From Eledone cirrhosa (lineage: Eukaryota), in assembly GCA_964016885.1 (NCBI GenBank), contig OZ024746.1:41044001-41108000 (forward strand): a stretch of 64,000 bases of DNA, written 5' to 3'. Position numbers and translations under genes: made by a program. A model generated the notes under the pieces. The model had not been told where the DNA came from and did not search any database. It worked only from the letters and a program-made list of their open reading frames with translations. Shown here in pieces: positions 1 through 64,000 of the stretch (the first letter of the stretch is position 1; each line of letters begins with the position of its first letter).

Positions 1-775
1 CAGTGTTGACATCTCCAGAGTCATAGAACTCAAGCCAGTTTGGCCGTTGCAACTCGGTGCAGTAACAGTTCCAGTCTGCTTTATTCCAGTCAAAGTGAGC
101 AGTTTGGAGATGGTTGTGGTTCTTGTTACTGCCCATGAGGGATAGATTGGCAATGATCATAGCATGATCAGAGTCACCTAAAGGTTCCTCAGCAGTAACA
201 CTAATGACCGTTTCAGGAGTAGTGGTGAAGAGTAGGTCCAAAGTGTTGTCACCTCTCGTTGGGGAGGTGACCACCTGGGACCAACTCAAGTCCAGCACCA
301 GCTCAAGGAAGTCATTTGCACTTGGCGGCCAACGAAAGGTCTCCCAGTCAATCTCAGGGTGATTGAAGTCACCTGCAATGAAAACATAAGTGGCTGTCTT
401 CCTGGCAGCAGCTCTGAGGATATCACAAAGTTGAGTGTCCTGATGGTAATTTGGGGGACGGTAAACGACTCCAAGTAGCAGTGTTGACATGGTCATACGT
501 ATATCGCAGAAAAAAACTTCCTGCTGTGATTGGTTCAAATCAGCACAAGGAATTGCCGACAGATTTGACCGAACGTAGACCATTACACCACCACCACGAC
601 GATTAATACGGTCTTTACGAAACAGGTTGTAGCCAGTCATGCTGAAAACCCCATCACAGAGTAAGGGATGTGCCCAAGTTTCCGTGACTGTAATGAAGTC
701 CGGGTTGATACTTTTGACGTAGGAGTCAAAAAGATGAATCTTATTGCATAGACTACGTGCATTCAAGGACAACAG
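1..775 (-). mobile_element. CR1-clade LINE ORF2, APE endonuclease region, continuing off the window edge (inside a MIPEP intron)
   Basis: Stop-free minus frame of about 258 codons with APE motifs LNARSL, VTETW, RKDR..RRGGGV, VYRPP, GDFNHPEIDW, PTRGDNTLDLLFT and LGDSDH. It is absent from the ORF track because it runs off the edge. Confidence 0.9.
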
Positions 776-1173
776 TTATGAAATATATCATCATATTCAT
801 CCTCATTTAATCTTCCCCTGCTAGCAGAGGTTGGACCAAAATTAAAATTCACAGACTGAATCAGTACTGAAGTGGGGCGACTGACCTCCCAGACAGACTG
901 GATGTTCACATCACACATATGGTTCCACATTCTACTGAGTGTATTTTATCGTGGCACCAGCACTAAAAAGGTTGTCATGTCTTTGACACAACTGAAGGGT
1001 CTTCCCAACCCTTTGTTTAGCAAGCTTGCTATGGTGGGATGCCCTTCTTATCACCAACCACTTTACAATGTGTACTGGGTGCATTTATCATGTAGATCAC
1101 CAACACTAGAGAGGTTGTCATGCCCTTGACACAACTGAAGAGTTATCCCAACCATTGAAATATATATATATAT

Positions 1174-1710
1174 ATGCGCTGGTATGGACATGTGATGCGT
1201 ATGAAGGATGACAGCTGCATAAAAAGGTGCAGAGCACTAGAAGTTGATGGAAACCGCGGAGTGGGGAGACCTAAGATGACCTGGGATGAGGTGATAAAAG
1301 CCGACCATACCCAATTACACCTCTCAAAAGCAATGACACACGACCGTGACTTCTGGCGTCACGCAGTAATACAGAGTACCCGACCTCCCATGGGTACAAG
1401 CTGAAGCATATAGACAATATGCCCCCACACCCCCCCACCGCAAGGTGGTCGTGGAGGTGCCACGGCAAAAAAGCACCCAGCCCACACTGTAAAGTGGACG
1501 TGTAGGCGCCACGAAAAAGCACCCAGCACTCACTGTAAATGAGGTTGGTGTTAGGAAGGGCATCCAACTGTAGAAATCAAGCCAAATCAGTTCCTGTATG
1601 AGCAAGGCATGGTCAGCCGACCAGACACTGCCCACAACAGGACAACCCGTCTAACCCATGCTAGCGTGGAAGAACGGACGTAAAACGGTGATGATGATGA
1701 TGATGATGAT
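1174..1710 (+). mobile_element. RTE LINE 3' fragment followed by an RTE-tailed SINE-like repeat ending in (GAT)n
   Basis: RWYGHVMRM...GRPKMTW is the RTE C-terminal motif. It is followed by the abundant repeat ttggtgttaggaagggcatcc...aacccatgctagcgtggaa...gatgatgat. Confidence 0.8.
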
Positions 1711-1832
1711 ATACATACATATATAAGGTGACTAAAAATACTGGCCTCATTTTTATTTTCATCTGCATTCATTTTTTGACAAAAACTGGTCAAACTCTGA
1801 ATATATTTAGTTCAAACCATTAAAAACAACAC

Positions 1833-1866
<34 letters not shown>

Positions 1867-2369
1867 TTATTTATATACACACTAATATATTCCTTCTATA
1901 TACTGTATCATTTAACGTCTATTTTCCATGGTTGCATGGGTTAGACGGATTGTCACGTTATAAAGCCAAACAGGTCAGTTGATCACTTCTTTCTCATGCA
2001 TTCCGTTTTTGGTTTGTTTTTCTATGACTGGATGCTCTTCCTATTGTTAACCACTGTACAGTGTGTACTGGCAGCTTTCTTTTCATGGCTCCAGAACTAC
2101 CACCTTACAGGATGGACTGGGTGCTTTTTGCCGTAGCACCAGCTCTACCACCTTACATGATGGAATGGGTGCCTTTTTCTGTGGAAGCAGCACTATCACC
2201 TTACATGGTAGACTGGATGCCTTTTGTCATGGCACTAGCAAAAAAAATCAAAACAAAAGTTTTTTTTCCTGCCAAAATAAAGAGAAGACATTGTGAGTGA
2301 GAGATGGCAACTCTCTCAAATTAAATTGTAATTGGGATTGAACTTCTTGTTTCTTGTAATCCTTTCTAG

Positions 2370-2440
2370 GAACACGGTGTTCCACAGATTTTGCTGAGGT
2401 TCCATCAGTACTTATGGAATATTTTGCATCTGATCCCAGG
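2370..2440 (+). CDS. MIPEP: MIPEP exon ([24 protein letters not shown])
   Basis: ttctag acceptor, gtaagc donor; contains the DFAEVPS motif with the third Zn-ligand Glu. Confidence 0.93.
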
Positions 2441-5400
2441 GTAAGCAGTTATTTATTTTCCTAATTTTCCTATGTTTCTTTCATTCCATTTTGACATAGT
2501 GGTATGGGTTTGATGGGAATATAAACTTTTGGAAAATTTGCATGCATTTTTGGAAATAGTAGCTTTGTGACTAGCTGGTCATGATAGAGAGACTGTCTTA
2601 CTGAGAGCAAGACAGTCTCTTGAGTGCTGATGCCATGTTAAAAGGCATCATCACCATTTAACATCTATTTTTGTATGGGTTAGACAGGTTGTCACGTTAT
2701 AAGCAAATCAGGAGAGGTAACCCAAGTCTTGCTCATACGGAGCTTGTAAATTGGTTGGGGATAGGGAGGGCATCTAGCTGTACAAAAGAAATGCCCAAAA
2801 TAGAACATTAAAGCAAGATGTGGTCCTCAATCTGTATAGGAGGCCAGTCATCAAATAAGAACTGATTTATAATTGACACTGTCTAAACATACAGTTATAT
2901 TTGTTTATGTCCTACAGATTTGTATTGTAGAACCATGGCAATTTCTGGCATTTTGATATCAAAAAGGTTAAACAGGGTTTTATAATGGCTTCAATAAAAA
3001 TTTGTCAATAATTAGAAATAGTAATATACATGTTGGTCTCTGTCTTGGTTATAATTTAAATGAAATATTTATATATTGCTATAAATATACTTTATTAGAA
3101 AGAAATCGTTATTCTATTTTTTATTTATTTTAGGTATTATCAACATTTGCCAGACATTATAAGACAGGTGAACCATTGAAAATGGAAATTATTCAAAATC
3201 TTTGTGCTGCTAAAAAATTATTTGCTGCTTCTGTAAGTTAAAAAATTTTTTTTTTGAAAGATACGGAAAAAAAAAATCAAAAATTGGAATTATATACATC
3301 ATGTAATTATATTTTTTCAAGTTAATTTTTAACCTTTTAGCATTTAAACTGGCTGTATCTGGCCAGAATTCTCTCACTCATATCTTTCTGTTCAAATTGG
3401 CCACTCATATTGATGTTAAGGTATTGTTCTCAAAATAAATAACATCTAAATCTCATAGATTCAATATTATGTGAGATAATTACATAAGGTAAAGGCTTTA
3501 CCATGAAAATATAATAGTATACATAGGGTAATGTAAATGCTACAAAGTTAAAGTTTTGTTTGGTGAATGCCTTCTGAAATTTATAAATTTTTTTCTTCTA
3601 GGATCTTCAATTGCAGGTTTTCTACTCGATCCTTGACCAAGTATACCATGGAAAACTACCATCAGAAACATCAACAACTGAAATTCTAGGGGCTATTCAG
3701 AACAAGTATTATGGAATTCCTCATGTTCCAGGAACTGTGAGTATCATCATCATCACCGTTTAACGTCCATTTTCCCACGCTAGCATGGGTTAGACGAATT
3801 GTCCCACTGTGAGACACGTCAGAATGAATATATATGATGAAATTATTAAATCTTTCAGAAAAGTGAATAACAATTTAAGCTTTTCATTGCCATATTTCTA
3901 ATGAAATACAATGTATTTCAATTAATTAATGAAGAATTTAGAGGGATTTACAAAAGTTATTAATTATTTCAGTATTAAGATGATATTTATAACATATTTT
4001 TAACAAAAGTTTTTTTTATATGAAATTATGTTGGAAAATTTTAAGTTTAAACTGGCTGATTACAAATTAATAAATTATTGCAATTAGTTTTAAGAAATTT
4101 ATCATAGGATCAAGGCTAAATGGAAATAAGCTAAACTAGAAAAAGACTTGAGTTATTTACTTCCCTTATATATGAAATTTAAACTAAGGTAAACTATAAA
4201 TTAACATATTGAAAATTGAATTATTTCATAACTCTTTAACCCTTTCATTACCAGATTTCTAATGAAAAACACTACATATGATTTTCAAATATTTAAAAAA
4301 ATAATCAAGAACGTGAAGGGATTTAATAATGTAATTTATTCTCTCATTATTAAATTGGTGTTTGGAATATAACTCAACAAAGCTTCTTGCATAAATTATG
4401 ATGGAAGGTTTTTAGATCTGTAGGATAGATATACTATTTCCCTGCATGCTGTAAGAGGCGACTAAAAGGGTTGATATGAGGAAGGGGGATCCAGCTATAA
4501 AACATTCTCAAATCATCTTGTTGAACCCTTGCCAGCATAGTAAAAGTGGACATAAAACAGTGATGATAAATACTTAAAAATAAGCAGTATTATATCAGAA
4601 CAGGGCTGGTTTGGTATCTAAAGGGTTACTGGGTTGTTGGCTGATTACTGAGAGTTCCATCTTCAAGTAGTATGCCAAGGCTAAGGGAAGTTTGTGGTGG
4701 CTGTCTTCAAGCTCTAATTATAGTTGAAAATCACAGCTATGAAGAGAAATAATTCAACTGGAAATCATACTTGTAATGCAGCGTCAGCTTCCTGGGAATT
4801 CACCACCAGACTATGGTTTTTTGCGTAATGGATCCATCATCATCAACATTATTTAATATCTATTATTCTCTATGGGTTAAACAGTTTGTCATGTACTGAA
4901 GGCTAGACAGGTTAGGTGATTTTATCGCGCTCATACGCTCCGATTTTTTTACTTGGTTTCTATGGCTGGATGTGCTTCCTAAAGCTAACCATTTTACATT
5001 GGAGCACTTTATCAAGATTCTAGCTCTACCAACTTACTGAGTGGACTGGTTGATTTTTGTCATCGTACTTGCATTACTGTGCAGACTGGGTGAAAGAATT
5101 TAGATAAAGATAATTCTAAAGACTATTATGTCTCTGTTTCAAATTATTTTCAATAAAGAAGCATCCCTAGAAACATGAGAGCATTCTCCCACATTGTCCA
5201 GGCATATATCATTGAGGTAGTGATGGTATAGGTTGTTGGATGTCGGGACACTGCATCCTTCAAAACTTCCATGCACATATGTATCTGTGTGTATGCTATG
5301 ACTCATGCACTGTTCACTTACCTGACATTTGTACTATGTGCTGTACATGCACCTGAGCACTTTACACAATTATTTTATACGTCCATTATTTTTATCGTAA

Positions 5401-8151
5401 ATGTATTCAGCTATATGGAGTTGAGAAAAGTTGACTTATTTCAACAACAGAATGATAATCATTAATATCAAGTATTTATTTCAACTTTGGAATGCCTTAC
5501 TTAATATTTAATTTCTTTTATTCCAGGCATGGCAGTTACGTTTTGTTCATCTTGTTGGTTATGGCGCTCGTTATTATTCTTACCTGTTATCTCGTGCTGT
5601 TGCTTCTCGAATTTGGGAGAAATGTTTCAAAGAAGATCCTTTTAGCCAGTAAGTTCTTATAAACAGTAAAACCATTTAAACTAAAGAGTCTGTTAATTTT
5701 GTACTATTGAATTTAAGAGGAATGTTCTACAAACTCTTTAAAATACTTTTGAAAGTGTTACCTGAAATACCATATTAACTGTGGGGATGAAAGGCCCTCT
5801 CAATTAATTTCTACAACAAAGTAAAAAGACTAGTTTTTTATATTTCTCAGTAGGTTAATTTATTTTTTTTTGTGAAAGCATGTGGCTTAGTGGTTAAGGT
5901 GTTCCGTTCATGATAATAAGGAAATGAGCTTGATTACCAGTAGCATATTCTGTCCTTAGACAAGACACTTTATGTCATGTTGCTCTGGAAAAATTGAGTT
6001 GTACTTGTAATTTAAAAAGCCAACTTTGTTGCACAGTGAATCTCCCTCATAACTACATTGTGTCTGTGGAATGCTCAGTCACTTGCACTTTAATTTTACA
6101 AGCAGGCTGTTCCATTGTTTGATCATCTAGAACATTTATTGTCAGAACTGACAGAGGTTGAGTTCATGAAAATGTTTTTCTGTAGATTGACTCCCTCATT
6201 ATTATCCTTTCTGCATTGAAGGTATGAGAAAGAATGCTCAAATATTGCTATTCTGGTGATATGAACCCGGAAGGTGTGGAAAAAACGCCAGGTGCAAGCT
6301 GCCTCGTGGTCCCAGAGGATGGCAATCGAGACTTGTTGAAATAGCCTTTCCAGATTGCGGGGCTCACTTATGTGGGTGGCTAACACTGCCCCAATAACAG
6401 TGAATAAGGAGGTAGTTTGGGACTAAGAACACTGGATGTCTCGTCTCCGCTGTTACATGCTCAATCCAAGAAAATTTTTATTTTCATGATAATTACAACA
6501 TTGAATTCCATTATCACACTTATGAATAATATTGTCTTGTTTTGCACTTGAATGATCTAAGATTTTCAGGATATTAAAAAAAAAATTACTATGTAAAATG
6601 GTATTGCTAAAGGATGAAGTAAATAAAACAAAATCAAAACGAAAACGAGACAAGAGCACGAATAGTCATTGAGAAGGTTACAGAATGCGACGGAAGAGCT
6701 TTGATGACCAAATATAACAATTAAATAACTATGTGATTAGGTAACTAATCTATTCCTTAGTTTAATAACTAATATTAAAATCGAAGTGAAATGCATATGG
6801 TTTTATTGGCAACACGACCCTCCCAAAGTATATCAACACATTAAAGAGTTAACCCAATTCTTTTAATTTCATCTTTAGATCAATGGGTGAGCGTTATCGA
6901 CGAGAATTGTTAGCTCATGGTGGAGGAAAGTCACCACAAGAACTTATTGAAGGTAAATGTTCTTCATTTTGCAGTGTAACATGTAGCAAATCATTCCTAA
7001 AATACAGGCCATCCCTACCTACTCCTTTTCTGCACATCAAACACGATTACTTCCCAGGTGGCTAAAAGGTTCTGTATTCTTCCTTGCTGCTTAACTCTTA
7101 ACATCCTGTAATACATCAAACTGCATTAGCCAAATAACCTTTTAGCATTTACATTATTATATATTCATGGTAAAGGCTTTATCTTGCATAATTTTGAGAA
7201 CAATACCATAACTCAGTATGAGCAGCCGGTTACACCTAGTTTGAACAGAAAGAGGTGAGAATTCTGGCTGGGTACAGCCAGTTTAAATGTAGCAATATGA
7301 CTGCATCACATTAAAAGCCAAAGTCTTTACTGCAAGTTTTCACTATGATCTGTCTACTAGTAAGGATACTGTAAACATCCTTAAAATATTTAAAAACAGG
7401 TTTGTAAGTGTCCAAAATTTTTTACTTTGTTTGGTATACTTTTAGATAGTTTCATTCTTAGCTCTGCCTCCTTGTTTGGAATATTTCCTTTAAAAAATCT
7501 TCACCTGACTTGACTTATAGAATTAGGTTATTGATATACAGGGTTCCCATGGACAACCAGTCTTGGAGACTATAATAAACAAGATGGGGTTTCGAAAAAA
7601 AAAAAAAAAGTAAATTTGTATTCTCTAGTTTATACAACTCTTCTGGTGATAGTTATATAAACCGTCTGTGACATGCCTAATACAATAGGAACTGTAAATA
7701 ACTTTTTATAAGTCTTACCCTGGCATTATAATCCATCAGTTAGGACCATGAGGGGTACAACATATTAGGGCAGGAGTAGGGTGGCAGTCTTCAGAATAAA
7801 AGGTTTAATAATGCTGGCGCACACACACACACAGAGAAAGAATTTAGCCTAGATCCAGCATCAACCTGCAGTAATAAAATAAGGGACACATGTTTATGGA
7901 ACTCAGCAACTTAGATGTTAATTTAATGAATATATATATATATATATATATCTTCTATTGACCACTCATCTTTGATACTGACTGAGGTCCATTTATATTT
8001 TTAAGTTTTCTTGGTTCAGTAGACAGACATGATTGTGGATAATGGATAATCATCTCCAAAACGTTATTTGATTTCAGGTTTATTGGGAGAACAACCAAGT
8101 ATGGACAAATTAGTTAGTTCACTGATTAATGAACTTGAACAAGAAGAATAA
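2370..8151 (+). CDS. MIPEP: Mitochondrial intermediate peptidase (M3 metallopeptidase), 3' part: exons 2370-2440, 3134-3232, 3602-3736, 5527-5648, 6879-6952, 8078-8151
   Basis: GT-AG exons join in frame to give [39 protein letters not shown]...[30 protein letters not shown]...[15 protein letters not shown]...stop, which matches the MIPEP C-terminus. Confidence 0.95.
3134..3232 (+). CDS. MIPEP: MIPEP exon ([15 protein letters not shown]...FAAS)
   Basis: ttttag / gtaagt, 99 nt, in frame. Confidence 0.92.
3330..3552 (+). mobile_element. About 210-bp MITE family A, piggyBac-like TTAACCCTTTAGCATT termini; other copies at about 7135-7290, 17243-17452, 17630-17850, 22210-22415, 27075-27225, 60900-61098
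   Basis: Terminal inverted repeats taaccctttagcattt...aatgctaaagggtta and a shared internal sequence in at least 7 copies. Confidence 0.75.
3602..3736 (+). CDS. MIPEP: MIPEP exon ([17 protein letters not shown]...PHVPGT)
   Basis: ttctag / gtgagt, 135 nt. Confidence 0.92.
4236..4628. mobile_element. MITE family B (TTAACCCTTTCATTACC termini) with a nested SINE fragment; related copies at about 12900-13157 and 26770-27032
   Basis: TIR ttaaccctttcattacc / ggtaatgaaagggttaa; shared internal sequence. Confidence 0.6.
5230..5380 (+). mobile_element. CR1 LINE 3'-end fragment
   Basis: gttgttggatgtcgggacactgcatccttcaaaacttccatgc...gcacctgagcactttacacaa matches the 3' end of the CR1 copy at 54000-54180. 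Confidence 0.75.
5527..5648 (+). CDS. MIPEP: MIPEP exon ([19 protein letters not shown]...)
   Basis: ttccag / gtaagt; conserved GYGARYYSY. Confidence 0.93.
6295..6450 (-). mobile_element. Degenerate C-terminal fragment of a restriction-like-endonuclease (CRE-clade-like) non-LTR retrotransposon
   Basis: Translates to ETSSVLSP...[23 protein letters not shown], resembling the CRE consensus ETxGxxGP...GEPR...LFQRLSxAIQRGN. Confidence 0.55.
6879..6952 (+). CDS. MIPEP: MIPEP exon ([24 protein letters not shown])
   Basis: ctttag / gtaaat; phase matches the neighbouring exons. Confidence 0.92.
8078..8151 (+). CDS. MIPEP: MIPEP terminal coding exon ([23 protein letters not shown])
   Basis: tttcag acceptor, TAA at 8149-8151. 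Confidence 0.85.
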
Positions 8152-8269
8152 TGAAGGCAGGCTTATTAGGAGAGCAACTTGGCATGGACAAATCAGTAAG
8201 ATTAAGAAATTTGAAGGACTCGATCTTAAACACACTAAGAGATGTGCGATATATATTTTTTATGTCTTA

Positions 8270-8300
8270 AATAAAATACAAAATCTTTTTCTTTAATAAA
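8270..8300 (+). promoter_or_regulatory. Candidate MIPEP polyadenylation signals
   Basis: AATAAA at 8270-8275 and 8295-8300, followed by GT-rich sequence, about 120-150 nt after the stop. Confidence 0.45.
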
Positions 8301-10740
8301 GTCTTGTTCTGATTAATTTACCTAATAACTGGAGATGGATATTACCAGCTACTGACATGTTCTTGTTCTTGTGCTATCATGAACAAAGGCAGATATTGTA
8401 TGCAAAGACTGGATCACGCCAATCTGCATTTTCAACTGTTCATCTCACTGCTTATAACATTCCTGAGGATCTTTGATGCAACTACATTGTAGAATAGTTC
8501 TCTGGTCACACACTCTGCTGCCCACAAACTTACAGAAGTAGCTGTTGAGTAGAAGTTGTTGGCAGTGACAAATTAATTTTTAAGTTTGGCACGAAGGCTT
8601 AAAAAGTAGTAAAAAAATTTCTTGCTTGTGTAAATCCACTGATCTCTTTGGCTACATCTTGCAGCCATATAGACAGTGCAAATGAGCACTTTATTGATGC
8701 ACATTTTTGTAACAAGATACGAGATGAAACTCTGCTCTTACATGTTTGAACTCGTTTCTAATAGTTCCTAACTTCGAAGCTAGATGGGGGTTAGTAGTTT
8801 ATTAATGTGACGTTTGTCAATCATTCAGATGTGTTAAATGTTTGTTTAAAAAAAAAAAAAAATTTTTTACTGAAAAAAAAAAAAATACCAGGCACAGCAA
8901 CTGTGTAAAATATATGAGACTTTAAATGAATTAATACATTTTATAAAGTAATGTAAAAAAAACAACAAAGACAAGAATGAAGGTTGAGTAAATTAATTTA
9001 CCACTTTTTTTTTTTTTTTTTTTTTTTTTTTTGTAAGTTATTTACAATTTCGAATCATTTTGATCAATTTTTGTACATATAAAATCTCTTTTGAATCAGA
9101 ACCTAAGTCTTGCCAGTCAAAGTTGGAGAGGAATTTTATTTTTAAATTAATTAGATGTGCTATGTAAACAACATTTTAATAAATATTCCTTGTTTACTGG
9201 AAACCAAAATGAAAACGGAGAATTGCATTTTTTAAACTAGAAGTTTGAAGGATGAAAGGGAGTTATCAAATTGGAGAAGATTTGAAATTTGAATACAAAG
9301 TGAAAAAAAATTACTAATCAACTCTAAAATGTAAATTATTTTGAAGAAATTGAAAAATAAATTTTGTATTATTAGTAGCATCATTATTATTATAATACAG
9401 TGTAATTTATAAATAATTCCTCAATTTTGTATATAAAATATTTTATGATAAAGTGGTGTCTAAGTTGAATTATCAGATTTAGATATTTCAAAGAATATTG
9501 CAAATGGTTGTAACAGATTCGAGTGAGAAAAATATCAATTATAAATTGTTAGGGGAGGAGAGGGGGGGAAGATAAAAAAGAAACTGACATTAATAAAGAA
9601 ACTGTCGAGGGTTGGGGGGGGGGGGGGGGGAAAGACAAATTATTACAATTTATCCTTCTCCCAAGAAAACAAAGGTGAGATAATTATTGAAAAGAATATT
9701 TTAAGAAAAAAAGTTGCTCAAAAAGCAATATTTACATTTTATCAATGATATTGAAAACATGAAGTAGAAAGAAAACTTGAATTGTAGGCAGCATTAGGTT
9801 AAAGAATACACATATTGCTAATTGAAACCAATATTCTTTTGTTGATTTATTAGGAAATAATTATAAAAATCTATCAGTAGGAAATAAATTACATCACTGT
9901 CAATGATTTATTTTTTTTTATTTTTTGCTAATTGTTGAAATAAAAAAAAAAAAAAAAAAATTTGACATTGGTGATTAATGTTTTGTGAAAGGCAACACTT
10001 TTCACCAAGTCAAGCCATAACTATAACAAATTACTCATCCAAAATATGAGAATAATCTTATTCTTTCAAGGTGGGAATGGATAGAGAGCAAGTTTTATTA
10101 ACAAAAAAATTAAAACAAAATAGTAAACCATAACAAAACCCATGATTAATACCTCATTAACATTTTTTTTACATCAGTGAAAGAAAACCTGTCCAGCAAG
10201 ACTTAAGTTGTTATAAATCTGTAAATTTGAAAATTTGATTTTTATTTTTGTTTCAAATATCATATTGTCATTTAGTGTTACTAGGCAATCTGTGAATGAG
10301 CAGAGTAGACATCACAACTCATCCAACAGAGATAGGTGGGCTGGGGAGAAGGAAGGCAATAAGAAAGACATGATCTATTTTCTTGAATTTAAATTTAGCT
10401 TCCCCAGAGGTATGTCTGTATTGTGTGCAAGTGTACATGTGTTGTGTGTGCAAGTGTTGTGTGTAGTTACATTGAAGAATGCAGCCTACACATAACAATA
10501 GTCATATTTGTTTCTCTGTAACATCACAAGTAGATTGCCCGTTTAGAACCAGTTATACCGATACTTCAGGTTAATACAGTGTTACAAAAGTACATCAAGT
10601 GCTCGGTGAAAAGCACCTACACAAGCACTTTATGTTATTGCAGCTTCTCAAGAGTAGACCAAAGTACTTGAGAACCAGCTATGTAGAACTTTACCATCTC
10701 CATTTGAAATTTCTTTATGCCAAAAATTGATTTTAAGAGT

Positions 10741-62833
<52,093 letters not shown>

Positions 62834-62917
62834 CTGGAATTAAAGAAAATTTCTACATAAAATATAGCAACAAGAGAAGGAAGTAAAGGAGAGATATATG
62901 GATAGGTGGGAAATATA

Positions 62918-62951
<34 letters not shown>

Positions 62952-64000
62952 AGTTAGAAATGCCAGAAATGAGTGTGATTCAATAAAACACAATTCTTCA
63001 AATGTAATCCTTTCATTAGTATTTCAATTACAAGATAATATTAACCTATTATAGCTTATACACTCTGCATACATCACTGAAACCTATTAACTCCAGTATA
63101 TATGTATGTACCCGTAACTCCTGATTGAGTTGTAGAGGTGCCGTAGTGACATACGTTGTTTCTTGGGCAATTTTTAAACTTGGCAGAGCCCATGTCCTCT
63201 CCATGTCTGAACACAGCCGATTTCTTCCAGAGAAAGAGAAAGTGAGAAAGAGATATAAAAGAATGAACGCCAGTACAAAACTGGTAACTTTTATTATCGA
63301 CCTTGAAAGGATAAAAGGCAAAAAGGCAAAGTTAACCTTGACAGGATTTGAACTCAGAGAGCAGAGAGCCAGAACAAATATCCCAAAGCATTCTAATAAT
63401 TATCAATTTGCTGCCTATCAACTCTAGTACATGGCAATTAAAATACACCTTACCGAAATTTGAATTTTTATTTCCAAATTTTATCAATAACCAAATGGAA
63501 CATACTTTTGTTATTAGAAAAGGAGAAGTATAGAAGAGAAGAGTTGAGAATTATGTATAAATCTTTCCTCCGCATCATCATCTGTCCCCTTTTCCATGCC
63601 TATATGGGTCCTTTCTAACGCAGACTCCCTCATCATCATCTCTGTAAGGTTAAGTGTTTTGAGATCTATTCAAACCACATCAGTCTAGATTTTTCTTGGT
63701 TTTCCTCTATTATAACTTCTTTCCACCTGACATCACTTGGCACTTCTTCAGCATTCCTAATCCATAGGCATTTGTCTATGAATGTTTTATTTATTAGTTA
63801 TGTTTTATTTATTTATTAGTTATGGTGGCACAGATAAACACAACACCATAGTGGGAAAAAACATTGTGGTCTTCTCAGTGTAAGATTATGAAATATTTTG
63901 AGCTATTGAAAGGGTTGTAAAAAAACAGATCTAACCATGAAAACTTCATGGTAAACAAGATGTATTTTGTGAAAAGGGAACATTTTACTTATAAATATAT

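Noticed and set aside
9004-9032. Poly(T) run as a terminator or retrocopy tail
   Set aside because: Homopolymer runs are common throughout this AT-rich window, and no associated element is visible.

Overview
AT-rich animal genomic DNA, most likely octopus or another coleoid cephalopod; this is inferred from the repeat families and intron style, not proven. Two convergent spliced genes are present. On the + strand are the last 6 coding exons of mitochondrial intermediate peptidase (MIPEP, stop at 8151). On the - strand are the last 23 coding exons of TMEM94/ERMA (3369 nt that splice in frame, stop at 10741, one GC-AG intron). One TMEM94 intron (29929-51601, 21.7 kb) is a (TA)n-microsatellite landing pad. 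It holds an RTE LINE with a C2H2 array, a Proto2-like LINE, a PHD-bearing RTE LINE and several tiny TA-embedded elements that look Penelope-like. The most striking are two near-identical 60-63 bp-stem fold-back elements, a third unrelated fold-back with the same layout, and two hammerhead-ribozyme-like motifs. Together they suggest hairpins made by cDNA fold-back inside a hammerhead stem II. The remaining introns carry CR1 and CRE LINE relics, tRNA-derived SINEs, MITEs and older palindromes. The huge I/Y-rich ORFs in the ORF track are microsatellite artefacts. Exon coordinates were read from splice sites by hand; repeat boundaries are approximate.
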